From Candidatus Multivoradales bacterium (GTDB lineage: Bacteria > Acidobacteriota > Thermoanaerobaculia > Multivoradales > Multivoraceae), in contig CBDCWI010000002.1 in NCBI GenBank assembly GCA_965223325.1, positions 3,040,001 through 3,104,000 on the forward strand: a stretch of 64,000 bases of DNA. The letters run 5' to 3'. Below are positions 18,609 through 27,968 of the stretch, piece by piece. Numbering within the stretch: position 1 is the stretch's first letter; each line of letters begins with the position of its first letter. The notes under the pieces are model-generated. The model did no database searches, was not told the origin of the DNA, and was given only the letters and a program-made list of their open reading frames with translations. A program made the position numbers and the translations under genes.

Positions 18609-19100
18609 ATGAAGAAGCCCATTGTTCTACTCCTCGCCGTTCCCCTCCTGGCCTTCGCGGTGACCCTCGGGGTCTCTGCGGTCACCGCAAACAGCGGCAC
18701 CGCCCCGGCCGCAGTCGCCACCTCCGACACCGATCCTGAAGTCGAGAAGCTCTCCCGTCAGTACATTTCATGGTACGAGGAGATCGAGCTCACCCCCGAA
18801 CAGGAGGAGATCAAGCGGGCGGCCCTCGAGCCGCTGCCGGCTCCCTGCTGCTCCGACAACTCGGCCTACACCTGCTGCTGCCCGTGCAACCTCTCGCGCG
18901 CGCTCTGGGGTATGACCGCACACATGATCGCTAAAGAAGGAAAGAACGCCGAAGAAGTCCAGGATGCTGCCAAGAAGTGGATCGCCCGCATCAACCCCGG
19001 TCCCTCCTCTGGAGACGCCTGCTACACCGGGCGCTGTGGTCTTCCCTACAGCAAGGACGGCTGCGGCGGCATGAACCCGGCGGCGCAGAACTACGGCTAG
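18609..19100 (+). CDS. Secreted Cys-rich hypothetical protein
   Basis: Signal peptide MKKPIVLLLAVPLLAFAV; PCCSDNSAYTCCCPCN...CYTGRC...GCGGM. Confidence 0.8.
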   Translation: MKKPIVLLLAVPLLAFAVTLGVSAVTANSGTAPAAVATSDTDPEVEKLSRQYISWYEEIELTPEQEEIKRAALEPLPAPCCSDNSAYTCCCPCNLSRALWGMTAHMIAKEGKNAEEVQDAAKKWIARINPGPSSGDACYTGRCGLPYSKDGCGGMNPAAQNYG

Positions 19101-19108
19101 ATCCGAAG

Positions 19109-19132
19109 GGGTCGCTGGTTTGCCGGCGACCC
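19109..19132. terminator. GC-rich hairpin between convergent genes
   Basis: GGGTCGCTGG-TTTG-CCGGCGACCC right after the stop at 19100; no U-tract. Confidence 0.4.
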
Positions 19133-19258
19133 AGAGCTGCTGGCTGGGACCGGCTCTTCAGAGCGAAAGCATCCCCAGCGTCAGGACGGCTCCCTCGCCG
19201 CGGTCGCACAGGCGGGTGGCCTACGACCAACGACCTTTGACCGCCGCCCGAGGACGGT

Positions 19259-22200
19259 TCAGACTTCTTCTCGCGCCAGCGCGCGGCGCTGGAACACCTC
19301 GAGCACTTCCTTGTTGCCGCGCTTCTGGGCGAGGAAGAGCGCGGTGACACCAGCGCGATTGCGAAGGCCGAGGTCGAGATCTGGGCGATCAAAGAGGAGC
19401 TCGAGAGCCTGGACGGAGCCGCTGCTCGCGAGCTTGTGTAGGACCGCCCGCCCCTCCTGGTCGGTGATGTTGATGTCGAGGTCCGGACGCTCGAGGAGCG
19501 CCGCGATCGCCTTCAGGCGACCGGTTTCAACCGCCACGTGAAGTGCAGTTCGTCCTTCCTTGTCGACCTGGTCAACGAGCAGATCTCGGCGAGCGAGCAG
19601 AAAACGCAAGACGTCCGGATGGCCTAGCGCCGCGGCGACGGCTAACGGTGTTTCGCCAAAGTCGTTTTGCAGGTTGACGTCTGTTTCGGGGTGTTCGAGT
19701 GCGGCTTCGAGTATCGGCAAGTGGCCGGACCGGACGGCGGCATGCAGGACTTCTTGCCGGTACTTGCCAGAAGCCGAAAGATCGACGTCTGGGTGCTCGA
19801 GCAGCACACAAGCAACCTCGTAGCGATGGCGCCGGAAGGCTACCGACAACGGCGAGCGGCCGGATGCATCCGATGCGTTGACGTCCGTGCCCGGCAACGA
19901 CACGAGGTGGATCGCCGCCTCAGCATGACCCTTGTCGCTCACCAGATGGAGAGCCGTGTCTCCGTTGTTGTCCCGCAGGTTGAGTTCGAGATCCGCCCGC
20001 CGAGTGAGGGCCTCGAGAACACCAGGGTGGCCGATATTCGCCGCCCAGTGCAAAGGCGCCCGCCCTTCATTGTCGGTCGCATTCACTTCCAGGTCAGCCC
20101 GCTCGGCCAGCTTCTCGACGATCGCACGGTGGCCCTCGCGCACCGCCCAGTGCAGCGCCGTTGCGCCGTGGTTGTCGCGCCGGTTCAGGTCGAAATCGTC
20201 GCGGTGGAGAATCGCTTCGAGGATCCCGACGTGGGCCTTCATGATGGCTAGCTTCAGAAGACCCTGCGAGGCATTGTCGACTGCGTCGAGATCGAGATCA
20301 GCGTGCTGGAGGAGTGCCTCGAGGACTTCGAACTGGCCCCTACGAATGGCGATCGAAAGCGGTGTCTCGCCCGTCTGGCTGGTGACGTTGACATCGATGC
20401 CGGGGCTCGCGACCAGCCTCTGCACAATCTCGGCCTTGCCACTCTCGACGGCGGCATGCAGTGCGGTCCGGGCGTAGTTGTCGCGGAGGTTGACCTCGAG
20501 CGCAGGTTGGGCGAGTAGAAGGTCGACCAGTGCCGGTAGCCCCTTCTGCACGGCCCAATGTAAAACGCCGTTGCCCTGGGCGTCGCGGCAGTTGATCTCG
20601 AGGCGCGGATGGGCGAGGAACAGACGCAGGACATCGAGACGACCCTGGAGGACGGCATGAACAACGAGCGGCATGCCGCTGTTGTCGCTTCTGTTGACCT
20701 CTGTGTCCTCCCTTTTCAGAAGCGCACTGGTCATCGCCACGTTGCCCAACTGAACCGTCGACTCCAATGGTGTCTGCCCGCTGGCCGATGGCGCCTCGAC
20801 CTCGAGCTCTTCTACCCTCAGTAGGCGTTCGAATACCAGAGGGTTCCCAGCCGCTATGGCGTGATGGATCGGTGCCTCACCCGCGCAGTCACGCGCGTTG
20901 ACCTGGTCCGGTGCCAGGCGGAGAAGAAGATCGACGAGCGCCAGTTGGCGACTCGCAATCGCCAGCTGAAGCGCCTGGCGACCGGCGTTGTCTGGGGTAT
21001 TGAGGTCGAGGCGCTCATCACGGGCGAGCATCCCGACGATCGGAACAACCCCCGTCTGTAGTGCCTCATGCCAGACCGGAGCGCCACGAGCATCGATCAC
21101 CCCGAGATCGAGGTCCGGATGAGTGAGCAGCAGCTGAACGAGTTGCGGCTTCTTGGAGCGAATGGCGAGCTCGAGCGGCCTCCTCTGGTCCCAGTCGGCG
21201 AGGTTGGGATCGATCTCGGGCCGCGCCAGGAGCAGTGGCAGAAGCCGAGACAGCTCCTTTCGAAGCGCAATGTGAAGCATCGACCGGCCCGAGGCGTCGA
21301 CCCCCGAGGCGTCGTAGTTCTCCTTTTCGAGCAGCTCGAGTGCCAGTTCATGGTCCCCACGCTCCATCGCGTCTTGTAGGAGTGAGGTTCCGTCGCTGGT
21401 CTGGTCCAGGTTCTTTGAATCTTCACGTTCCAAAAGCACGTCGAGGAACTCGGGGCACCAGGCCGCGGCCTGTTCCATGACTGTTTCCCCGTTGATTGAG
21501 ATCGTCAGATCGAGATCAGGGCGTTCCGCCAGAGCCCGGAGGATCTCGGGGCTCGGCTTGCTGGGCAGGAACGCCAGCTCGAGAGCCGAACGATCCTGGT
21601 CGTCGACTGCGTTGACGTCGACGTCGGGGTGCGCCAGCAGGAGCCTTACGTCTTCAACGCTCTTCCTCACCACCGCCCGATGAAGAACCGTCTGGTCGTT
21701 GCGGCGCGCTTCGCGAACGTTGACATCGAGACCCGTCGCCCCGAGTAACGCCGCTTTGGCTTGTTCGGGCCACTTCTGTTTCTCGAACACGCGATGGATC
21801 ACGAAGTCGCCGCGCTCGTTGGCAACGTTCCACGACACATCCTGGCGCTTTGTGAGCGCCTCGAGCACCTCAGGCTGCACCCTCGAGGTCTGGGTCACCC
21901 GAAGCGCTGGAGTGTTGCCGTTGCAATCGACCGGGTTGATGTCGAGATCAGGCATTGCCGCGACGAGCAGCTTCTCTTCTAGTAGCAACTCCTGAGGCTG
22001 GCCGAACAAACAATGCAAAGCGGTTTCGCCGCAATCGTCCTCGGCCAGAAGATCGCAGTCCGGGTGCTCGAGGACCTGGCGAACGAACGAGCCGTCGCGA
22101 GAAGCCGTGCGAATGGCTCGATGAAGTGCTGTTCCCCCTCGCTTGGCCGCGAGGTTCACGTCGAGATCCGCATCGGCGAGCAACCTGTCGACCAGGTCGC

Positions 22201-22582
22201 CGGTTCGCCAGTCGATCGCCTTCATCAGCAGCGTCTCGCCGCTCTCTCCCTGGGCATTGATGTCGACAGAAGGAAGGTCGAGCAGCAGGTGGGCGACTTT
22301 GCTTCGGCTCTCGGCACTTCCCGAACGCCACTCGAGCGCTGTCACTGCCAGGTCTGGCTCCACCGCCGAACCGGCGGCTTCGCTAAGCGCTCGCACGACG
22401 ACGTCCGACGACATGGCCACGGCCAGGTAGAGCAGCGATCTCTTCTGGCCGTGGACATCGACCGCAACGTCCAGGTCACCGGCGGCCTCGATGGTCGCCA
22501 TGACGTAGTCGAGATCGGAGTCTCGAATGGCGGCGATGAGCTTCTCGGTCGCCGAGTCGGATTGGGTTGCGGTAGCACTCAT
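19259..22582 (-). CDS. Large ankyrin-repeat protein (~1107 aa, roughly 30 repeats)
   Basis: Recurring units such as LLAHPDVDVNAVDDQDRSALELA and DLNRRDNHGATALHWAVREGH; no signal peptide and no obvious enzymatic domain. Confidence 0.93.
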   Translation of the reverse strand: MSATATQSDSATEKLIAAIRDSDLDYVMATIEAAGDLDVAVDVHGQKRSLLYLAVAMSSDVVVRALSEAAGSAVEPDLAVTALEWRSGSAESRSKVAHLLLDLPSVDINAQGESGETLLMKAIDWRTGDLVDRLLADADLDVNLAAKRGGTALHRAIRTASRDGSFVRQVLEHPDCDLLAEDDCGETALHCLFGQPQELLLEEKLLVAAMPDLDINPVDCNGNTPALRVTQTSRVQPEVLEALTKRQDVSWNVANERGDFVIHRVFEKQKWPEQAKAALLGATGLDVNVREARRNDQTVLHRAVVRKSVEDVRLLLAHPDVDVNAVDDQDRSALELAFLPSKPSPEILRALAERPDLDLTISINGETVMEQAAAWCPEFLDVLLEREDSKNLDQTSDGTSLLQDAMERGDHELALELLEKENYDASGVDASGRSMLHIALRKELSRLLPLLLARPEIDPNLADWDQRRPLELAIRSKKPQLVQLLLTHPDLDLGVIDARGAPVWHEALQTGVVPIVGMLARDERLDLNTPDNAGRQALQLAIASRQLALVDLLLRLAPDQVNARDCAGEAPIHHAIAAGNPLVFERLLRVEELEVEAPSASGQTPLESTVQLGNVAMTSALLKREDTEVNRSDNSGMPLVVHAVLQGRLDVLRLFLAHPRLEINCRDAQGNGVLHWAVQKGLPALVDLLLAQPALEVNLRDNYARTALHAAVESGKAEIVQRLVASPGIDVNVTSQTGETPLSIAIRRGQFEVLEALLQHADLDLDAVDNASQGLLKLAIMKAHVGILEAILHRDDFDLNRRDNHGATALHWAVREGHRAIVEKLAERADLEVNATDNEGRAPLHWAANIGHPGVLEALTRRADLELNLRDNNGDTALHLVSDKGHAEAAIHLVSLPGTDVNASDASGRSPLSVAFRRHRYEVACVLLEHPDVDLSASGKYRQEVLHAAVRSGHLPILEAALEHPETDVNLQNDFGETPLAVAAALGHPDVLRFLLARRDLLVDQVDKEGRTALHVAVETGRLKAIAALLERPDLDINITDQEGRAVLHKLASSGSVQALELLFDRPDLDLGLRNRAGVTALFLAQKRGNKEVLEVFQRRALAREEV

Positions 22583-22602
22583 CGCCGTGGGCCAAGGGTG
22601 AA

Positions 22603-23079
22603 CTAGAAGCTCTGGTACGGAGCGCTCTGGACTTCGAACGGAAACGGAGCGACACCCGGTGGTTGTCCAAGTCCCGAGTCGACGGCGAGCTTGCGCATTG
22701 CAATCATCTCGACAATGCGATCGAAGATGGCGCAGAAGTCGAGCCACTCGGCCATCGACTGGTTGAAGGCCCGGTAGCACTCGCGCGCTGCAGCGAGATC
22801 GACATCGTCGCTGTTGGCACGCCGATCCCGCTCCTGGCGCAGGCGGAAGAAAAAGGACGTTTCGGGGACCCCGCCGAACCCTCGGTCGCAGTTCACCGTC
22901 TCGACCTTGGCTTCCCAGTAGGGCGAGTTCCAGTCGGCGTAGAGGTCGCGCAGCAGTTCATCCTTGAGGTCCACGAGTTCTGCATTAGAACCGCTCGTGG
23001 GCTGCTTGACGAGACGGCGGAGCGCACCGTAGCGCTCGTTGAAGTCCCGCACCGAAAGAACTGGCGTGGCGTTTTCCAT
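22603..23079 (-). CDS. Hypothetical protein (158 aa, helical)
   Basis: Protein-like ORF tightly spaced between its neighbours (6 and 20 nt gaps). Confidence 0.7.
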   Translation of the reverse strand: MENATPVLSVRDFNERYGALRRLVKQPTSGSNAELVDLKDELLRDLYADWNSPYWEAKVETVNCDRGFGGVPETSFFFRLRQERDRRANSDDVDLAAARECYRAFNQSMAEWLDFCAIFDRIVEMIAMRKLAVDSGLGQPPGVAPFPFEVQSAPYQSF

Positions 23080-23085
23080 GACCAG

Positions 23086-23628
23086 TCAGGCCGCGGTGCG
23101 ATCGAAGCCGGTTTCTTCCTTGGCGTCCCACAGGCTAGCCTCGTGGAGGCGGAAAGTACCGCTCTGGTCGATCACCAGTGTGAAGTCGATGCCCGGGTTC
23201 GCGATCCTCGCGCCGGCTTCGCGGTGGAGCGAGATGTAGCCCTTCAACTGGGTCCACTTGCCTTCGGCGCCGATGAGGTCGGAAAGACCGAAGGTCGCGG
23301 CAGCCGTGTTCTCGCGCACAAACTCCCAGTAGGGCGACGGCTGGAGCTCGCCGAGCTCAGTAAGGCCTCTGAGAACCCGGAAGCTCTGGTAGATGAGGCC
23401 CTGTTTGCCTTCCATGTACTGCAGCTGCTTGTCGCGCGGAAAGAAGGTCGCATATGCGTCCTCGTCGCCAGCCGCCACCGCTCCTAGAACCTGGTCGAGC
23501 AGGCCCTTGACCTGGTCGTTGTAGAAAGCCTGGTTGTCCGGAAGCGTGCCGGCTGCCGCCTTCTCGGCAACCTCCTCGTTCTGGAGGATGTCGAAGTTGG
23601 TCTTGATGGTCTTCGTGCGCTTGCTCAT
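23086..23628 (-). CDS. Hypothetical protein (180 aa, possibly NTF2-like)
   Basis: AGAGGA RBS before ATG 23628; strong G/C third-position codon bias; GLLDQVLGAVAAGDEDAYATFF helix followed by beta-rich C-terminus. Confidence 0.75.
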   Translation of the reverse strand: MSKRTKTIKTNFDILQNEEVAEKAAAGTLPDNQAFYNDQVKGLLDQVLGAVAAGDEDAYATFFPRDKQLQYMEGKQGLIYQSFRVLRGLTELGELQPSPYWEFVRENTAAATFGLSDLIGAEGKWTQLKGYISLHREAGARIANPGIDFTLVIDQSGTFRLHEASLWDAKEETGFDRTAA

Positions 23629-23859
23629 GATCGTTCCTCTGGGCGGGGAATGGAAGTGATGGGATCGCGCAGGTGGTGCTTCCACCGGCGTCTCATCTCC
23701 ACAGGAGTCCAGAGGACGGTCCTTTCCCAAGGAGGCAGCCTTCGGAGTAGGCCCGGAGGAGGCCCGAACGAGCAACGTGCCCGGCATGACGGTAGACAGC
23801 GGTCCCCAGCCCGGCCAACGACCGGGGCGGCGCCGGGCGGATCACAGCGCCATACGAGG

Positions 23860-26355
23860 TCAGCGCACGCGGTCGCTCACTCCTCGCACGATCTCGACCA
23901 GTGCTTCGAGCCGCGCGCGATCGGCACGCCGGGCCTGTGGACTCAGAGTCGCCAGTTCGTCTGCCAATCCAGCGAGCTGCGAAGCCGTCTCCCCACCGTC
24001 CTTTCTGCCGCCGCGAAGCATCTTCTCGGCCGCATCGAGGGCGGCCCTCAAGGGGCGGGCGCTTCCAGGTGCAAGGCCTTCGGCGCGGTCGAGCTGATCG
24101 AGATAGGCGTGCGCCACGACGGGTACAGCCGGCCACTCGATCATCTTCTGCTGCTGCGGATTGAAAACCTCTTGTGTAACCAGCGACGCCGCGTCGATCT
24201 CGTTTTGCGTCAGGTACTCGCTGGGCACGAGTTTCAGGACGTCGAGACCGCGCGCGATCTCGGTGGCGTAGATGTGTCCGCCGTACCAGTAGGCCGACCA
24301 GTGCCCTCCCATCATCAGCTGCGTCGAGTCGATCGGCCCGCGGTCGAAGAACGCGATCTCTGTCGGGTTCGACGCATCGGTGAAGTCGAACACCGAGACC
24401 CCACCCTGATACCAAGCTTGGACCATGATGTCGCGGCCGGGAACCGGAATGAGCGAACCGTTGTGCGCCACGCAATTCTCGTTCTCCGTCTGGGGCGCCG
24501 GTATCTTGAAATAGCCGCCGAACTCGAGCTTGCCGTCGACTACTTCGAAAATCGCATCGGCACCCCAGTGCCGCGGATCAGACGCACGGCAGCGCGGTCG
24601 CATACCCCCACCCCACTCGTCGGTGAAGATGACCTTGGTGCCGTCGTTGTTGAAGGTCGCCGAGTGCCAGTAGGCGAACCCGGGATCGACCACCTGGTGC
24701 AGTCGCACCGGGTTCACCGGATCCGAAATGTCGAGAAGGATGCCGTTGCCCGAGCACGCTCCGGCTGCCAGACCGAGCTCTTCGAAGACCGTGATGTCAT
24801 GGCACTGGTTGGTGACCGAGGTCTTCTGCGTTCCTCGCCCATGGTTGCCGCCCTCCCAGAGACCCGCGATCCTGCCCGACTCGGGATCTCTGAAGATCCG
24901 CGGCCGGTTGACCACTCGCGCCCCTTCCGGGTTGGCGAGTGGAATCTGAATCACATCAATACTGAACAACGCGGTCTCAGGATCTTCGCCTGGTGGCGCG
25001 TCGGAGCAGCCCTCGAGCTCGTCGCCGGAGCGCACGGAACTGGTGCCCGATCCGAAGACATAGATGTTGCCGTCGTCGTCCGGGTCGGTGACGACGGTGT
25101 GGGTGTGCGAACCGCGACAGGTCTGCACGGCAGCCACCTGCTGTGGCACCGCCAGGTCACTGATGTCGAAGATTCGGATGCCGCGGAAACGCTCCGCACT
25201 GACCGGGTTCGCAACCCCCTGCAGCCCACAGTCGAGGCGCCCACGGGTCTGCTCGACCGACATGATCAACAAGTTGCCCACCACCGAGACGTCGCCCTGG
25301 CCACCCGGGCAGACGACCGACCCAACCAGCTGCGGAGATGTCGGGTCTTCGACGTTATAGGTGTTGAAGCCGTGGAAGTTGCCCTCGAAGAGGACGTCGC
25401 GAGCGAAGGCAATGTCGGAGTTGGCGAAGTTCAAGATCGCAGCGCCGCGCGCGGCCGGATTCTCTCGCTTCGCATCTTCGGCCTCCTCCTCGCCGTCTCC
25501 CTCGGTGTCGTCGCCCGCGTCGTCTGCTTCGTCACCCTCTTCTTCCTCGCCGTCTTCGTCCTCCTGTTCCGGAAGTGGAATGGGCACTCCCTCGGGTGCG
25601 TCGGGGTTGAAGAAGCCGGTTGGCTTGGGCAGTGAAGCGACCAGTTCGAGGTGCATCGCCGCCTCCCCCGCATCGCGGAACCCGGCCTTCAGATGCACCC
25701 GCGGGTCTTCCGAGAGGCCCGCCAGCATGTTCGCCATGCGTTCGATCTCGGCGGTCTGGTCGGCCACGATGTCGGAGGTGAAGCCAAACACGGTTGACTC
25801 CTGTGCGGCTCCTGGAGTCGACAAGAGGTCTTCGACCATGACCAGAGCTCCCTGATGATGGGCGATCATGAGCTCGAGAAACAGTCGATCGAAGGCCAGC
25901 GCCTCGGCCTCTTCGAGCGAGCGCATCTCCTCACGCGAGAGCATGCCCGGCATCAGGTCGTCACCGTGCATGTGGTGATGCGCCTCGGCATCGGGAACTT
26001 CCTGGCCGTTCGAACGCAGCCAGTCCTGCATCATCTTGATCTCGTCTTCTTGCGAGAGGTCAATGCGCTTCGCCAGCTCTCGCATCACGGGTCGCTCGCT
26101 GCGGGTCTCGAGCAGCTCGCACATCGTCAGTGCCTGCGCATGGTGCGCGATCATGCCCTGCATGAATTCGACGTCGGCCTCGGTGAACAGAATGCCGGCC
26201 AGGTCTGAAGCCTCGGCCGCTGTGATCACCCGACTGGGCTCGCCGGGCGCACCGGGTTGAATGATCTTGGGAGGCGCTTGGGCAAACGTCGCGATGGGTA
26301 GGGCTGCGAGCAATGTCGCGGCGATAGTGGCTAGCGAAGACTTCGATCGATTCAC
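23860..26355 (-). CDS. Secreted DUF305 (ferritin-like) plus LVIVD-repeat fusion protein
   Basis: Signal peptide; DVEFMQGMIAHHAQAL, FLELMIAHHQGAL; CPGGQGDVSV, QTCRGSHTHT, CHDIT, YWHSATFNNDG, ENCVAHNG. Confidence 0.88.
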   Translation of the reverse strand: MNRSKSSLATIAATLLAALPIATFAQAPPKIIQPGAPGEPSRVITAAEASDLAGILFTEADVEFMQGMIAHHAQALTMCELLETRSERPVMRELAKRIDLSQEDEIKMMQDWLRSNGQEVPDAEAHHHMHGDDLMPGMLSREEMRSLEEAEALAFDRLFLELMIAHHQGALVMVEDLLSTPGAAQESTVFGFTSDIVADQTAEIERMANMLAGLSEDPRVHLKAGFRDAGEAAMHLELVASLPKPTGFFNPDAPEGVPIPLPEQEDEDGEEEEGDEADDAGDDTEGDGEEEAEDAKRENPAARGAAILNFANSDIAFARDVLFEGNFHGFNTYNVEDPTSPQLVGSVVCPGGQGDVSVVGNLLIMSVEQTRGRLDCGLQGVANPVSAERFRGIRIFDISDLAVPQQVAAVQTCRGSHTHTVVTDPDDDGNIYVFGSGTSSVRSGDELEGCSDAPPGEDPETALFSIDVIQIPLANPEGARVVNRPRIFRDPESGRIAGLWEGGNHGRGTQKTSVTNQCHDITVFEELGLAAGACSGNGILLDISDPVNPVRLHQVVDPGFAYWHSATFNNDGTKVIFTDEWGGGMRPRCRASDPRHWGADAIFEVVDGKLEFGGYFKIPAPQTENENCVAHNGSLIPVPGRDIMVQAWYQGGVSVFDFTDASNPTEIAFFDRGPIDSTQLMMGGHWSAYWYGGHIYATEIARGLDVLKLVPSEYLTQNEIDAASLVTQEVFNPQQQKMIEWPAVPVVAHAYLDQLDRAEGLAPGSARPLRAALDAAEKMLRGGRKDGGETASQLAGLADELATLSPQARRADRARLEALVEIVRGVSDRVR

Positions 26356-26463
26356 GAAACGACCTCCAAGGTCTGTTTGTTCTGGCGTATCACTTGTTCT
26401 GGCAGATGAGAAGGTTCGTCGCCACTCTCTCACCTTCCGTCATCGACAGCTGCCAGCGGGGCT

Positions 26464-26670
26464 CTAGGGCAGCCAGTTGCCGTACGTGAGCCCGTGGTAG
26501 ACGACGTAGATCCAACTCAAGAAGGCGTGGACAAGCGCCCAGGGGATGCTGTGATTGACTCCCCAACTGAGTAGCGCTGCGAGTACCGCCCCAACGCTGC
26601 CAAAGATGCCACCACCGCAGCATCCGCAGCCACCGCGGGGTCTGCGGGTCGATCTGTGCTCCTTCGACAT
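26464..26670 (-). CDS. Small membrane protein (68 aa) with CGCC motif
   Basis: MSKEHRSTRRPRGGCGCCGGGIFGSVGAVLAALLSWGVNHSIPWALVHAFLSWIYVVYHGL; starts 2 nt after the SDR stop. Confidence 0.7.
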   Translation of the reverse strand: MSKEHRSTRRPRGGCGCCGGGIFGSVGAVLAALLSWGVNHSIPWALVHAFLSWIYVVYHGLTYGNWLP

Positions 26671-26672
26671 CG

Positions 26673-27500
26673 CTAGCTCAGCCGGCCTGGAATGAAGGGG
26701 TGACTGCTCGAGAGCCCGCCACAGGCCGCGATCGCCTGGCCGTTCACATACGACGCTTCGTCGCTGGCGAGGAAGAGCGCCAGCTGGGCGATCTCTTCGG
26801 GCTGCCCGGCGCGGCGGAGGGGATTGAGCTGGCCGATCTTCTTCTCGGTGCCGCGCTCGCGCGCGCGCTCGAAGGTCGGCTTCGTCATCCCGGTCTCGAC
26901 GAGCCCAGGGCAGATCGCGTTGACCCGCACGTTGGTCCCGCTGAGCTGGTTGGCCGCTGTTTGCACCAGGCTGACAACGCCGGCCTTGGTGGCGCTGTAG
27001 GGCGTGCCGCCAGCTCCGGAACGAAGGGCGGCAACCGAGGCGGTGCACACGATCGAGCCGCCACCGCGCTCGGCCATCGCCTGCCCGCCGTGACGGATCG
27101 CCAGGAAGGGCCCTACCAGGTTGACGCGCACCACGTCGGCCCACTCGTCGGCTTCGATTTCGAACAAAGTCTTGCGGGGACCAGTGATGCCGGCGTTGGC
27201 GTAGATGACGTCGAGGCCACCCCACTCGAGACACTGTTCGATCCAGGCGCGCACCGCGCTGTCATCACCGGCATCGCCGGCTGCCGCGGTGGCCTGGCCA
27301 CCCATCGAGGTAACCGAGCGCACGGTCTCCTCTATCCCTTCTCTGACTTTGTCGGCAGCGAGGACCCGAGCGCCCTCGCGCGCAAACAGTTCTGCCGACG
27401 CGCGGCCGATGCCGCTCCCAGCGCCGGTCACCAATGCGATCTTGCCGGCCAACCGACCGGCGGTCGTTCCTTTGTCTTCTTTCGCTCTTTCTTGGTTCAT
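26673..27500 (-). CDS. SDR-family oxidoreductase
   Basis: [27 protein letters not shown]. Confidence 0.93.
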   Translation of the reverse strand: MNQERAKEDKGTTAGRLAGKIALVTGAGSGIGRASAELFAREGARVLAADKVREGIEETVRSVTSMGGQATAAAGDAGDDSAVRAWIEQCLEWGGLDVIYANAGITGPRKTLFEIEADEWADVVRVNLVGPFLAIRHGGQAMAERGGGSIVCTASVAALRSGAGGTPYSATKAGVVSLVQTAANQLSGTNVRVNAICPGLVETGMTKPTFERARERGTEKKIGQLNPLRRAGQPEEIAQLALFLASDEASYVNGQAIAACGGLSSSHPFIPGRLS

Positions 27501-27515
27501 GAACCGAGTTTAAGC

Positions 27516-27968
27516 TCAGGCGATCGCCTCGCGCAGCCGCCGCTGAATTCTGGCGCGATCTCGCTCGCTGCGCAGGACGAGCAAAACGGTGTCGTCGCCG
27601 GCCAGCGTCCCCGAAACCTCGGGAAACCGTGCCCGGTCGATCTCGATGGCGACCGAGTTGGCGTGCCCCGGATCCGTGTGCACAACCAACAGGGCCTCGC
27701 CTCGATCGACGCCCACCACGAAGTCGGCAACCGCGCGCAGCGGCTCTGCCGGCGGCTCGGCCTCGGCGATCGCACCGGGCAAGGCATAGTGGCCACCGCC
27801 CTCGGTGGGCAACTTGACGAGGCCGAGTTGTCGCACGTCGCGCGAGACCGTCGCCTGGGTCGTCGTCACATCCAACTCTTCGAGCGCCTCGACGAGTTCT
27901 GCCTGATTGTGAATGCGGCGCTCGGTGACGATTTCGAGAATCGCGCGCTGTCTGAGGCGACGGTTCAT
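27516..27968 (-). CDS. argR: Arginine repressor
   Basis: TQATVSRDVRQL and GTLAGDDTVL. Confidence 0.95.
   Translation of the reverse strand: MNRRLRQRAILEIVTERRIHNQAELVEALEELDVTTTQATVSRDVRQLGLVKLPTEGGGHYALPGAIAEAEPPAEPLRAVADFVVGVDRGEALLVVHTDPGHANSVAIEIDRARFPEVSGTLAGDDTVLLVLRSERDRARIQRRLREAIA

Noticed and set aside
23630-23859. Possible riboswitch or sigma54 promoter upstream of the ankyrin operon
   Set aside because: GGCAC-N7-GT misses the -12 GC, and no riboswitch consensus was recognisable by eye; an Infernal search would be needed
23650-25635. 661-aa + strand ORF
   Set aside because: Antisense shadow of the DUF305/LVIVD gene; typical of GC-rich codon bias and has no motifs
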